A DNA stretch of 64,000 bases from Clostridia bacterium. Lineage in GTDB: Bacteria; Bacillota; Clostridia; Christensenellales; UBA1242. The stretch covers positions 73,807-137,806 of the forward strand of contig JAFVTW010000003.1 in the NCBI GenBank assembly GCA_017503005.1, read 5' to 3'. The notes under the pieces were generated by a model, which saw only the letters and a program-made list of their open reading frames with translations, was not told where the DNA came from and ran no database searches. The translations under genes and the position numbers were made by a program. Positions 37,468-46,770 of this stretch are shown piece by piece (positions within the stretch are counted from its first letter, which is position 1; each line of letters begins with the position of its first letter).

Positions 37468-38259
37468 TTATTTCTCCTTAAATTTATTAAATGATAATAA
37501 GTCGTCTTTTAGTTGTTGGTCTAGATAAGATATTGCCATTGTCTTGATATCTTCGGGTATGCCATAGTATGCTTCAGCTATTGCACATGATATTGCACAT
37601 AGAGTGTCGCTGTCGCCACCTATAGAAATACTGGTTCTTAGGCAATCTTCGAAACTATCGCTTATCAAGAAACAGTATATCGCTTGAGGTACAGTGTCTT
37701 GACAATGTTCGTTAAATTTGTAGTTTTGCACCAAGTTGTTGTAATCAAAATCTAAATTGTAGTAGTTTTCTTCAATATGTTTTTTGATTTCTTCTTTGGT
37801 TTGTTTTTGTAGAGCTAGCCAAATTGCTATAGCTGTAGCTTCTGCACCTTTTATTCCTTCAGGGTGGTTGTGTGTTACAGCAGTAACCTTGTAAGATAAC
37901 TTTTTGACTTCTTCAATATTCTTAGCGAAATATGCAACAGGACTTACTCTCATTGCTGAGCCATTCCCAAAAGAATTGTATGGTTTTGGATTTTTGTTTT
38001 TTAGCCAAACGGCGAAGTTTCCACCATAACCTCTGCCAGGGTACAGGTCACCATATTTTTGCATTTGTTTTACTGTATTGTTTGATAGATTTAGATATCT
38101 AAATTTTTTTGATTGCTCTAATGCTTTGAAAACAGCAATTGTCATTACTGTGTCGTCAGTAAAGAAACAATTATTCGAGAACAGCGGGAAGTCTTTTGTT
38201 CTAATATTGTTGAATTCGTATATGGAGCCTACTATATCTCCTATGATTGCACCTAACAT
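37468..38259 (-). CDS. ADP-ribosylglycohydrolase (ARH/DraG family)
   Basis: MLGAIIGDIVGS, FTDDTVMT, GNGSAMRVSP, THNHPEG and GGDSDTLCAI match ARH metal and ligand motifs. Confidence 0.8.
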   Translation of the reverse strand: MLGAIIGDIVGSIYEFNNIRTKDFPLFSNNCFFTDDTVMTIAVFKALEQSKKFRYLNLSNNTVKQMQKYGDLYPGRGYGGNFAVWLKNKNPKPYNSFGNGSAMRVSPVAYFAKNIEEVKKLSYKVTAVTHNHPEGIKGAEATAIAIWLALQKQTKEEIKKHIEENYYNLDFDYNNLVQNYKFNEHCQDTVPQAIYCFLISDSFEDCLRTSISIGGDSDTLCAISCAIAEAYYGIPEDIKTMAISYLDQQLKDDLLSFNKFKEK

Positions 38260-38262
38260 AAT

Positions 38263-38631
38263 CTAATCTTCCTTTAGAATTATTTTGTTGATTTGTTTAA
38301 GAATTTGGTTTCCTAATTCTTTAGTTTTAGTATCGTTTACTGCAAAGTTTACATAAATATTTGTATCATCAAATAATATTGTTATATTGTTTACATACCC
38401 ATCCAAAGCATAGATGTCTAAATAGTCAACTGTCTGTTCTTTGGAAATTTGTACAAGTGAGTCAAAATTATTTTTTATTACTTGTTGAATACTATTGTAT
38501 TGATTTTGGTCAATATCATATGAGTTTTTGTCAATTTCTACCACATTTGATATGTTCGTGGCTGAGTTTGATATATTGATATATGTATGTGAAGTTCTAA
38601 GTATCAAACTAAATTTGTTGTTGTTATTCAC
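38263..38631 (-). CDS. Hypothetical Asn-rich protein (122 aa)
   Basis: ORF 3 nt upstream of the ARH gene. Confidence 0.5.
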   Translation of the reverse strand: MNNNNKFSLILRTSHTYINISNSATNISNVVEIDKNSYDIDQNQYNSIQQVIKNNFDSLVQISKEQTVDYLDIYALDGYVNNITILFDDTNIYVNFAVNDTKTKELGNQILKQINKIILKED

Positions 38632-38700
38632 TCTTGTTTGCTCCTTTTACTTGATGAACATTTTTATATTTAGATCGTTGGTAAGTTTTGTTTGTGGTTT

Positions 38701-38952
38701 TTATTTGTACAATTCTAAATGTCTTTTTAGTAGGGCAACCAGGTTCCCGTTAGCGATGTGCTGTTGAATATTGCCTTCGCATATTTTTTCTGATTGATAC
38801 ATAAGTGTAAGATATTCGATAGTTTTATCGATATTTAATTCTTCTACATTTATGCTTTGAAGGCTTCTAAAATTTTCTTTAAATTTCTTATTGTGGTAAG
38901 GCATATATTCAAATAAGTTTCTTACTTTTTCATTGTAAGATACTCCACCCAA
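38701..38952 (-). pseudogene. Probable 3' fragment of a disrupted gene
   Basis: The only start is TTG without an RBS. Upstream 38953-39140 holds further short coding-looking frames broken by frame changes or stops (EKIDIEIVEKF..., KGKTKFRFTEIFDKHEIA). Confidence 0.35.
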
Positions 38953-39149
38953 TATTATGCGATTTCATGTTTATCAAAAATTTCTGTGAAACGAAATTTT
39001 GTTTTACCTTTCAAAGATAGAATTTCATTAGAAATTTTTCAACAATTTCAATATCAATTTTTTCTTTTTTCCGTGTTTTACAATTTCTTTGTTTTATTTT
39101 ACACTTGCATTATATCACAAACTTGTTTGTTTATATATTGAATTTTTGT

Positions 39150-39182
39150 ATAAAAAATAAAAGCTGCAAAATTACAGCTTTT
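39150..39182 (-). terminator. Rho-independent terminator
   Basis: Hairpin aagctg/cagctt flanked by A/T runs, directly after the stop of 39188-39682. Confidence 0.6.
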
Positions 39183-39187
39183 ATTTT

Positions 39188-39682
39188 TTAATAGTTACTA
39201 TAAGGATTGTCTGCCACTACACGAATAATGTCTTCTATGTTTTCGGTTTCTATATCGTAGTAGGTAGTAAACCCATTATATATTACACCTAAGGTATTTG
39301 ATAGTGGTGTATTAGGAATTAATGATACTGCAAAAATGATAGCATCTGCTATTAATTGTGTAGCTTTTACAGTGATTTGTAGTTTTGCTTGAGGGTAATT
39401 GTCTAAGTCCTCATAATTATCGTAGTCACAATCTGCTGATACGGATTTGTTGCTACTGTAATAATTTAACATTGAAATAATTCGTAGGCAGGTGTGGAAG
39501 TCGATATCACCATTACTCATATTGATACTATCTAGATTGTTTAATTGTTGAAAATATAGGCAAGTGTCTTTTATTAGTTTTTTAAATTTACTTAGGTCGT
39601 AATCGTACAAAAACAAAGTTCCTTTGTTTCTACTAAATTCTAGCCAGTCTGCTATTAAATCTTTTCCATTTATATCGTACAT
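39188..39682 (-). CDS. Hypothetical protein (164 aa)
   Basis: ORF with RBS AGGAGA. Confidence 0.55.
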   Translation of the reverse strand: MYDINGKDLIADWLEFSRNKGTLFLYDYDLSKFKKLIKDTCLYFQQLNNLDSINMSNGDIDFHTCLRIISMLNYYSSNKSVSADCDYDNYEDLDNYPQAKLQITVKATQLIADAIIFAVSLIPNTPLSNTLGVIYNGFTTYYDIETENIEDIIRVVADNPYSNY

Positions 39683-39773
39683 AATATTCTCCTATTTTGT
39701 TGTACTATGATTATAGCATTGTATAGCCTAGATGCCTAACAAATGAAATGTGCTATTTTTTAAAAAAGGAAGA

Positions 39774-40682
39774 CTAATCTTCCTTTTGGTTTATTCCTTG
39801 ATATATATTTCGCTCTTCTAATGCTCTGTTTATAGAATTTATCACTATCTTCTTGTGAGAATTCCATTCGGGAGCTACTAGTATATTTTTGGGAGCATCG
39901 CCAGTAATTCTACATATAACTATATCTTTTCTTAAATGAGATATAATATTACATACATTATCTACATAAGAGGTTAACTCTAGTGGAATATATTCTCTTT
40001 GGGTGTATAGTTTTTCTAATTTTGTACCTTGAATTATATATGTAGAGTGTATCTTTACACCCATTATATCTAGAGAATTGATTAATTTTACTGTGTCTAA
40101 TATGTCATTTTCTTCTTCGTATGGCAGTCCTACCATAATATGTGTGACAACATCAATTTTGGCTTTATTTAGTAGTTTTACAGCATTTACAAAGTCTTGA
40201 TTAGTGTAACCTCTATTGAATTTTTGAGCTACGGTTTCATTTGCGGTCTGTAGTCCTAATTCAACATAAACATAGTATTTGTCGGTATATTCTTTTAGTA
40301 AATTTACTATCTCTTCGGTTACACAATCTGGTCTGGTTGCTATAGCGAGAGCTACAATCCTATCGTCTATCAGTGCAGAATTGTATTTTGCCCTTAGAGT
40401 AGCAACATCGGCATATGTGTTTGAAAAGTTTTGAAAATATGCAATAAATTTGTTTGCTCTACCACCACGATAACTAGATAGATGTGTGGTTACTTGCTCT
40501 GCTATTGCTATATTTTTGGTATTTTCGCCAGCACCTCTTTCTCCGCAAAATGTGCAACCACCGTGTCCACACTTGCCATCTCTGTTTGGACAGCTAAATC
40601 CACCATCTATACAAATCTTTAGTGTTCGTTCTCCAAATTTTTCTTTTAGATAATCATTGAAATAATTGTATCTTTTAGTCAT
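39774..40682 (-). CDS. TIGR01212-family radical SAM protein
   Basis: CPNRDGKCGHGGCTFCG motif. Length and sequence are typical of the YtqA/TIGR01212 family. Confidence 0.8.
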   Translation of the reverse strand: MTKRYNYFNDYLKEKFGERTLKICIDGGFSCPNRDGKCGHGGCTFCGERGAGENTKNIAIAEQVTTHLSSYRGGRANKFIAYFQNFSNTYADVATLRAKYNSALIDDRIVALAIATRPDCVTEEIVNLLKEYTDKYYVYVELGLQTANETVAQKFNRGYTNQDFVNAVKLLNKAKIDVVTHIMVGLPYEEENDILDTVKLINSLDIMGVKIHSTYIIQGTKLEKLYTQREYIPLELTSYVDNVCNIISHLRKDIVICRITGDAPKNILVAPEWNSHKKIVINSINRALEERNIYQGINQKED

Positions 40683-41514
40683 GAGAAATTCTTTCTTTTT
40701 GTTTTTTGATTAGTTTGTGTACAAGCATTACTACAAGCAAAATTATATATGCTGCTAGTGTAAATCCAACAATGTATATCAATAAGAATATAAAGTTCCC
40801 TATATGAATAGTTTGTCTAGCAAGATCTAGTGCTTGACCTATATTGTTTAGTACTGGTAAATCGCATTTGCTATATGGTCCTATATAGAACATATTGAAG
40901 CTATCTGTGCCACCACTGATATGGAATATTATATTCATTACAAATGCTGTAATTACAAGTACAGCAAATACAGCCATACCTTTTAAGATGGTTTTGTGCT
41001 CAACCTTAGCCTTTTTAGTAGTCCATATTAGAGCACCCATTATCACCATTGTGCAGTGGTGTAATAATGATTGAGTAGATCTAAATATGACATCAGAAAG
41101 CACAGTAGTAGGGTATACCATTACTATTAGTCCTGCAAACAATCCAAAAGTTCCCAAAAAACTACATAGAGAATCTCTAATTTTGCCATCTTTTATTAGA
41201 GCAATTATTAGACCTATATACATAGGGGTAGAGCAGAATTGAAATGGGAATTGTTTCCATGCATAATCCCATGTGCCACTTTCTATATCGAATGAGTGTA
41301 CAAGTTGTTTTAGTATCTCTAGTAGTATTAGTACAGAGCAGGAAATTAGTAAAAACAATCTAAACTGCTTGTCACTAAAATTTTTGCACTTTAGACATAC
41401 AAAAACTGTACCAAGTATCATAATTGCTAGCCACATTATATGAAACCAGCCAAAAAGAGTAGGTTCAGGCATTTTGGTGTCCAAAACCACCATAAATTTT
41501 TCTAAAATATTCAT
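40675..41514 (-). CDS. YwaF/TIGR02206-like integral membrane protein
   Basis: FGWFHIMWL near the N-terminus, about 7 TM segments, overlaps the downstream radical SAM gene. Confidence 0.6.
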   Translation of the reverse strand: MNILEKFMVVLDTKMPEPTLFGWFHIMWLAIMILGTVFVCLKCKNFSDKQFRLFLLISCSVLILLEILKQLVHSFDIESGTWDYAWKQFPFQFCSTPMYIGLIIALIKDGKIRDSLCSFLGTFGLFAGLIVMVYPTTVLSDVIFRSTQSLLHHCTMVIMGALIWTTKKAKVEHKTILKGMAVFAVLVITAFVMNIIFHISGGTDSFNMFYIGPYSKCDLPVLNNIGQALDLARQTIHIGNFIFLLIYIVGFTLAAYIILLVVMLVHKLIKKQKERISHD

Positions 41515-41682
41515 AAATTATATCCCTTTTATTTAGCTTTTGTAATTATATCACGATGAAGTGTTTGTTGCATCTGTTTTGATGTATTTGATATAAATTA
41601 CCATATTTATATGGTATTTGTTAAAAGTTTTTGTAAAATTTGCCGATATGTTTTATAATGAAAGGACAAGGGAGATATGATT

Positions 41683-43785
41683 ATGAAAAAGAAAGTTGTA
41701 GGATTGTTTGCTGCTGCTTTGTTGTTTGTACCATGCTTGCTGGCTTGTGCTGGTTGTTCATGGCTTAAAGGTGGCAAAGATAAAGTACTTATTGATTCGG
41801 CAAAAGAATTTGTAAACAAAGTAATTGATTCAAATAAGCTTACCGAAGAAATAGGTGCAAATGGTAGAAGAAAAACCCAATACACATATTTGTTGACTAA
41901 AGATTTGGATTTTTCAGGAATTGATTATGTGCCAATTGATACTTTTTATGATATTTTAGATGGAGATGGTCATACTATCAAAAATCTTACTATTCAAGCT
42001 GGATATGACAAGGCTGGATTGTTCCAAACTTTAGAAGTTCGTAGATTTGCTGACTATACAGTTCTAAGTGGTACTGTAAAAAATTTGAAGTTTGAAAATG
42101 TAACCATTAAAGGCAACGACTATGTAGGTGCAGTTGCTGGATATATAGGTAGACACATATCGGAATATTCATTTCCTGTGCTAGAGAATATAGAAGTGGT
42201 TAGTGGCTCTATCGAAGGTAAGGATTATGTAGGTGGACTAGTAGGTGCTGCAGGGGATAACTATATATTATTAAACGACTGCAAAAATCTTGTAAATTGT
42301 GCTAATGTTACTGGCGATCAACATGTAGGTGGTGTGTTTGGTATGATTAGCCAAGGCGAAGATGCAATGAGTTTAAGTGGAGCTACTAATTATGGTAATG
42401 TAGTTTCTACTGCTAGTTATTATCCTTTATCAGGAGAAAACAAGTATGCAAATGTAGGTGGCATTATAGGTTCTGTAACTACAGATAAGAGAGTTTTGAA
42501 GTTGTCAAATTTGTACAATTATGGTGATGTCACTTGTGATGATGGATATTATGTTGGCGGAATAGTGGGGAATGTGTTCTACAAACATATTGCTTCTTAC
42601 CATCCATCTGGAGACAATGGAATTCAGTTTGAAGACTGTTGCAATATAGGTAATGTATACGGCAGAAGTGCAGTAGGTGGTATCGTTGGTCAAATAGGAG
42701 AAAACCATACAGGGGATACTTCTTTAATAAATAGAAGTAAATTTACTGCTACAAAATTTACAAATTGTAGAAATCACGGTAGAGTAGAAAGTAATGACGA
42801 AAGGAATTTTGCTATAAATGGTGGTGCAGACTACAAAAATGATGGTTTCTATGTAGGTGGTATTTTGGGTAGAGATTATTCTACAGAGGCTGAGTTTTTT
42901 AATTGTAGAAATGTAGTTTTAAAAGAAGCAGATTTAGCTGGTGCAGATTTTGAATATGATCCATCAAAAGTTTGCATTATAGGTTGTGGATATGTCGGTG
43001 GAATTAGTGGTGCTTATGGTAAAACATTTTCTAATTGCACAAACGATATGGATATAAAACTAGGTAGTACGGCTAGCACCGAAAGTTCATTTAGTTTTGC
43101 AGGTGGTATTTGTGGATCCACATACAATACCATGCTAGATGTTCCATACAATCCAGCTACTACTAGAACATTCGACAACTGTATAAATAAAGGCGATGTT
43201 ATTGGATTTACAAATGAGCTAGCATCTACAACTCCTGTTTACAAAACTATGGGTGGTATTGTAGGATATGCAGGCAAAGTAGATATGGAAGAAACCGAAA
43301 ATACAGGCAATGTATATGGTACACAATTTGTTGGTGGTATATTTGGTGAATTAAATTTGGGCATAGATGCAAGTTTAGAAGAAGTTAAAAATACCGGCAC
43401 TATTTATGTAAATGCTGGTGCTATAGGTGTAGGTTCTATAGCGGGTGCTGCTAGTGGTAATTTTGGCAAAGCAGATATCGATACAATAACAATAGGTGGC
43501 AGTGTACAAACCAAAGGTGGTGCTAGAGCTGTAGCAGGCTTGTTTGGTTTCTGGGGTGATCTAAATTATATTATTTATTTATTGAATATCTACGAAACAA
43601 CACAAGCATTTGCTCCTCATTTAGAACTTACAAATGTAACATTTGATTTTAGTGTGGGAATTCACAATGAATTTACATACTACAATGTAAAAACTATTTG
43701 TGGTGGAAGCTCTACTCCAGATGATGATTTGAGTATAAATGATAGCTACGAACTAGATCTTGTAGATTCTACATATACAGATTAA
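41683..43785 (+). CDS. Surface lipoprotein with about 10 or more GLUG-type repeats
   Basis: Lipobox LLAC. Repeats: YVGGLVG, HVGGVFG, NVGGIIG, YVGGIVG, AVGGIVG, YVGGILG, YVGGISG, FVGGIFG. The second ATG has better spacing to GGAGA than the track start at 41677. Confidence 0.7.
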   Translation: MKKKVVGLFAAALLFVPCLLACAGCSWLKGGKDKVLIDSAKEFVNKVIDSNKLTEEIGANGRRKTQYTYLLTKDLDFSGIDYVPIDTFYDILDGDGHTIKNLTIQAGYDKAGLFQTLEVRRFADYTVLSGTVKNLKFENVTIKGNDYVGAVAGYIGRHISEYSFPVLENIEVVSGSIEGKDYVGGLVGAAGDNYILLNDCKNLVNCANVTGDQHVGGVFGMISQGEDAMSLSGATNYGNVVSTASYYPLSGENKYANVGGIIGSVTTDKRVLKLSNLYNYGDVTCDDGYYVGGIVGNVFYKHIASYHPSGDNGIQFEDCCNIGNVYGRSAVGGIVGQIGENHTGDTSLINRSKFTATKFTNCRNHGRVESNDERNFAINGGADYKNDGFYVGGILGRDYSTEAEFFNCRNVVLKEADLAGADFEYDPSKVCIIGCGYVGGISGAYGKTFSNCTNDMDIKLGSTASTESSFSFAGGICGSTYNTMLDVPYNPATTRTFDNCINKGDVIGFTNELASTTPVYKTMGGIVGYAGKVDMEETENTGNVYGTQFVGGIFGELNLGIDASLEEVKNTGTIYVNAGAIGVGSIAGAASGNFGKADIDTITIGGSVQTKGGARAVAGLFGFWGDLNYIIYLLNIYETTQAFAPHLELTNVTFDFSVGIHNEFTYYNVKTICGGSSTPDDDLSINDSYELDLVDSTYTD

Positions 43786-43795
43786 AAATACAAAA

Positions 43796-43825
43796 ACAAG
43801 TGCAAAATATGCACTTGTTTTTTTG
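43796..43825 (+). terminator. Rho-independent terminator
   Basis: Hairpin caagtgc/gcacttg followed by a T7 run. Confidence 0.75.
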
Positions 43826-43921
43826 TTGTGCCCAAAGTTACAAAATAAAATATTTGTTTAATGTTTTTGTATTTGATATACTTAATTTGAAATTTAGTTA
43901 AAACTAATAAGTGGAGACAAA

Positions 43922-46558
43922 ATGATTCAAATAAAAAATTTAACAAAAATATATTCTGCCCAAAGTAAAAATAAAGTTGTGGCACTAAATGATATAAATC
44001 TTACTTTGCCAGACAAAGGACTAGTGTTTGTGGTAGGTAAAAGTGGTAGTGGCAAAAGTACACTACTAAATATGTTTAGTGGATTAGACAAGCCTACGAG
44101 TGGCGAGATATTGATAGGTAATAAGGATATATCAAAGTTTACTAGTGAGGAAATGGATAATTACAGGTCCTCTGTACTGGGTTTTGTTTTTCAAGACTTT
44201 CATTTGGTAGAAAACTTGACTGTATATGAAAATATTAGATTGTCGTTGTCTCTAAATAATATCGAAAATGATTCTGCTATCAAGGACACCCTAAAACAAG
44301 TGGGTTTGGCAGGTTATGAGAATAGAAGAATACAAGAACTGAGTGGTGGTGAATGTCAAAGGGTAGCGATGGCTAGAAGCCTAGTAAAAAATCCTAGTAT
44401 TATTTTAGCAGACGAACCTACAGGGAACTTGGACAGTAAAACTGCCATACAGATTCTAAAAATCTTAAAGAAGATATCTAAGAAAAATTTAGTGGTTATC
44501 GTTTCGCACAATTTAGACGATGCTTATACATATGGTGATAGGATTGTTGAACTAAAAGATGGTAAAATAGTGTGTGATAAAGCCAAAAAGAAAGGGTATT
44601 CAAATAATTTCAAGATAAAAGAAGGTGTGCTTACACTTCCTTACAAGAAACCTATTACATCAAAGCAATTAGACCAAATGAAGTCGGCTATTGATGATAA
44701 ACAAATATCCCTTATTGTGCAATTAGACGACGGATTTAAAGAGGTAGACAAAAACGAACAGATTGAATCCAAACCTATAGAGTACAAGGAGTCAAATCTA
44801 CTTAAGAAAGAAGTTGTTTCGTTGGCAAAAAATTTCTTTAAGGGACAAAAATTTATATGTGTAGTCACTGTGGTATTGGTTACATTGCTTATTACACTAT
44901 TTGGACTAGTTCAATCTTTTGTAATGTTTGATGCAAAGAATGTATTTGGTTCGGTTTTTGAAGAATATCCCGAATCTGCTGTTGCTATGTACAAGGGTGT
45001 GTATAATGAATATGATGAAGAATTAGAAACCCAGTATATGGTGCCGGTAACAGATGTAGACAAACAAGCTGTTCTAGATGCGGGGTATACAGGCAAAATA
45101 TATTCATTATACAACTACAATTTCCAACCAGCATACGATACTTGGGAGAGGTCTTTTTATAAAAAATTTAGTGATAGAACCAACTTGATTACTTTCTATA
45201 TGAGAGAATCTTATGGTGTGTTGGTATGTGACAAAGAATATTTAATCAAAACTTTCGGGGTAGATGGAAAGTTAGAGGTACTAGCAGGAGATGTTGATGC
45301 CAAAGATGGAGTTATAATTACCGACTATATGGCAGACAGCTTTTTGTATCATAAAAAATCAAAAGCTACTACTTATGATGGGTTGATAGGTGTCTATTAT
45401 TCACAATTTAGTCCTTTGGTTAGGGGAAGAATAAAAGCTATAATAAAGACTGATTATACCGAAAAATATGGTGCCTTTAGAGATGAATATTTTGGTTCTT
45501 TTGCTATAGGTGCAAAGAAAGACTTTAGAGAACTGATGAAAACAGATATTTGCAAAGAGTTTTTTAAAGATGTTGTTCAAAATTTGGGAATAGCATATAG
45601 TTTTGATACTGGTTTCTTAAACTCTGTAAATACTGGTGATAGACAACTAGCAAGGCTGGGTAATACTGAGTTTGTATATGGTGGCGAAAGTATGAGTACT
45701 GGCAATTCTGTTTCTTTTGTATTAGATGAGACATATGGTATAAACTTGGCTGACAATGAGATAATGATGAGCTGGAGTGAGTACAATAATTACTTTGGTA
45801 CAATGTACGATATTTCTAATTATCAAACAGATTTTGAGCCACACAATATTACCATAATTTGCAACAAACGATATTCTGAATTCGACAAAGCAAATAAAGA
45901 AATATTTATAAAAGAAGTAAAAATTGTAGGATTAATTGATGGTCACAATACTTGTAACAAAGAAATGTTGAATTATTTTGCTCAGTTTGAGTTTAGACCT
46001 TATGCTTATTATTTAGACAATCCAGAAAGTTTGGGTGGGGTATATACTATTATAGAAGACCAAAACTATTACTTAAATATGGAAGAGTATGGCATTGTGC
46101 TAAAGATTAGAGATATAGTAGAGACATTTAAAGAGTTTTTCTTCCTTATTGTGTTGTCTGTACTAGTGGTATCTGCACTTGCTATATCATTCTTTGCAAA
46201 CTTTATAATTAGCAAAAATCGTAAGAATATAGGTATAATGAGAGCACTTGGTGTAAGTGTAAAAGATGTTCTTAAGGTGTTTGCTTTGCAGATATTGTTT
46301 GTATCGATGATAGTTGTGGTATTTGCTGTAGTTGGCTATTTTGGATTTATAGCACTAGGCAATATGTTGCTACAAAACACATTCCTTAGCCTATTTAAGA
46401 GTGAAGTGATATCGTCACTTACATTACTAGTACCAAATATTCTGGTGTTGTTTATTAATTTGATGGTAATGGTAATAGTGTCACTAATTACAATATTGTT
46501 GCAAATGGCAGTGCTAAAGAGAATAAATGTAATCAAAATTATCAAAATGCAAGATTAA
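43922..46558 (+). CDS. Fused ABC transporter: N-terminal ATPase plus C-terminal FtsX/MacB-type permease
   Basis: GKSGSGKST, LSGGECQR and IILADEPT, then a large extracytoplasmic region and C-terminal TM bundle. RBS GGAGA. Confidence 0.8.
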   Translation: MIQIKNLTKIYSAQSKNKVVALNDINLTLPDKGLVFVVGKSGSGKSTLLNMFSGLDKPTSGEILIGNKDISKFTSEEMDNYRSSVLGFVFQDFHLVENLTVYENIRLSLSLNNIENDSAIKDTLKQVGLAGYENRRIQELSGGECQRVAMARSLVKNPSIILADEPTGNLDSKTAIQILKILKKISKKNLVVIVSHNLDDAYTYGDRIVELKDGKIVCDKAKKKGYSNNFKIKEGVLTLPYKKPITSKQLDQMKSAIDDKQISLIVQLDDGFKEVDKNEQIESKPIEYKESNLLKKEVVSLAKNFFKGQKFICVVTVVLVTLLITLFGLVQSFVMFDAKNVFGSVFEEYPESAVAMYKGVYNEYDEELETQYMVPVTDVDKQAVLDAGYTGKIYSLYNYNFQPAYDTWERSFYKKFSDRTNLITFYMRESYGVLVCDKEYLIKTFGVDGKLEVLAGDVDAKDGVIITDYMADSFLYHKKSKATTYDGLIGVYYSQFSPLVRGRIKAIIKTDYTEKYGAFRDEYFGSFAIGAKKDFRELMKTDICKEFFKDVVQNLGIAYSFDTGFLNSVNTGDRQLARLGNTEFVYGGESMSTGNSVSFVLDETYGINLADNEIMMSWSEYNNYFGTMYDISNYQTDFEPHNITIICNKRYSEFDKANKEIFIKEVKIVGLIDGHNTCNKEMLNYFAQFEFRPYAYYLDNPESLGGVYTIIEDQNYYLNMEEYGIVLKIRDIVETFKEFFFLIVLSVLVVSALAISFFANFIISKNRKNIGIMRALGVSVKDVLKVFALQILFVSMIVVVFAVVGYFGFIALGNMLLQNTFLSLFKSEVISSLTLLVPNILVLFINLMVMVIVSLITILLQMAVLKRINVIKIIKMQD

Positions 46559-46563
46559 TAAAA

Positions 46564-46592
46564 ATAGCGAAGAAACACTTCGCTATTTTTTT
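46564..46592 (+). terminator. Rho-independent terminator
   Basis: Hairpin atagcgaag/cttcgctat followed by a T7 run. Confidence 0.8.
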
Positions 46593-46770
46593 GTTTTAAT
46601 ATTTAAATTTAAATATTATTTGCTATTTAAGTTTGCGATAAAATAAAATAATTGATACAATTAAGTTGTTTGAAAAATAAACCATTTGCAAATGTGATAG
46701 GTGGACAATTTTTGTTTGCCAAAAAAACTATTTTTATCATATATCTGTAATGGTGAAAAGGAGTAAATAA

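Noticed and set aside
38263-38631. The 122-aa or 300-aa neighbours of the ARH gene as the cognate ADP-ribosyltransferase toxin
   Set aside because: No R-S-E or H-Y-E ART signature is recognisable by eye. This stays a hypothesis in the findings, not an annotation.
41607-41885. 92-aa minus-strand ORF
   Set aside because: It is antisense to the signal-peptide region of the GLUG lipoprotein gene and its promoter, and has no independent support.
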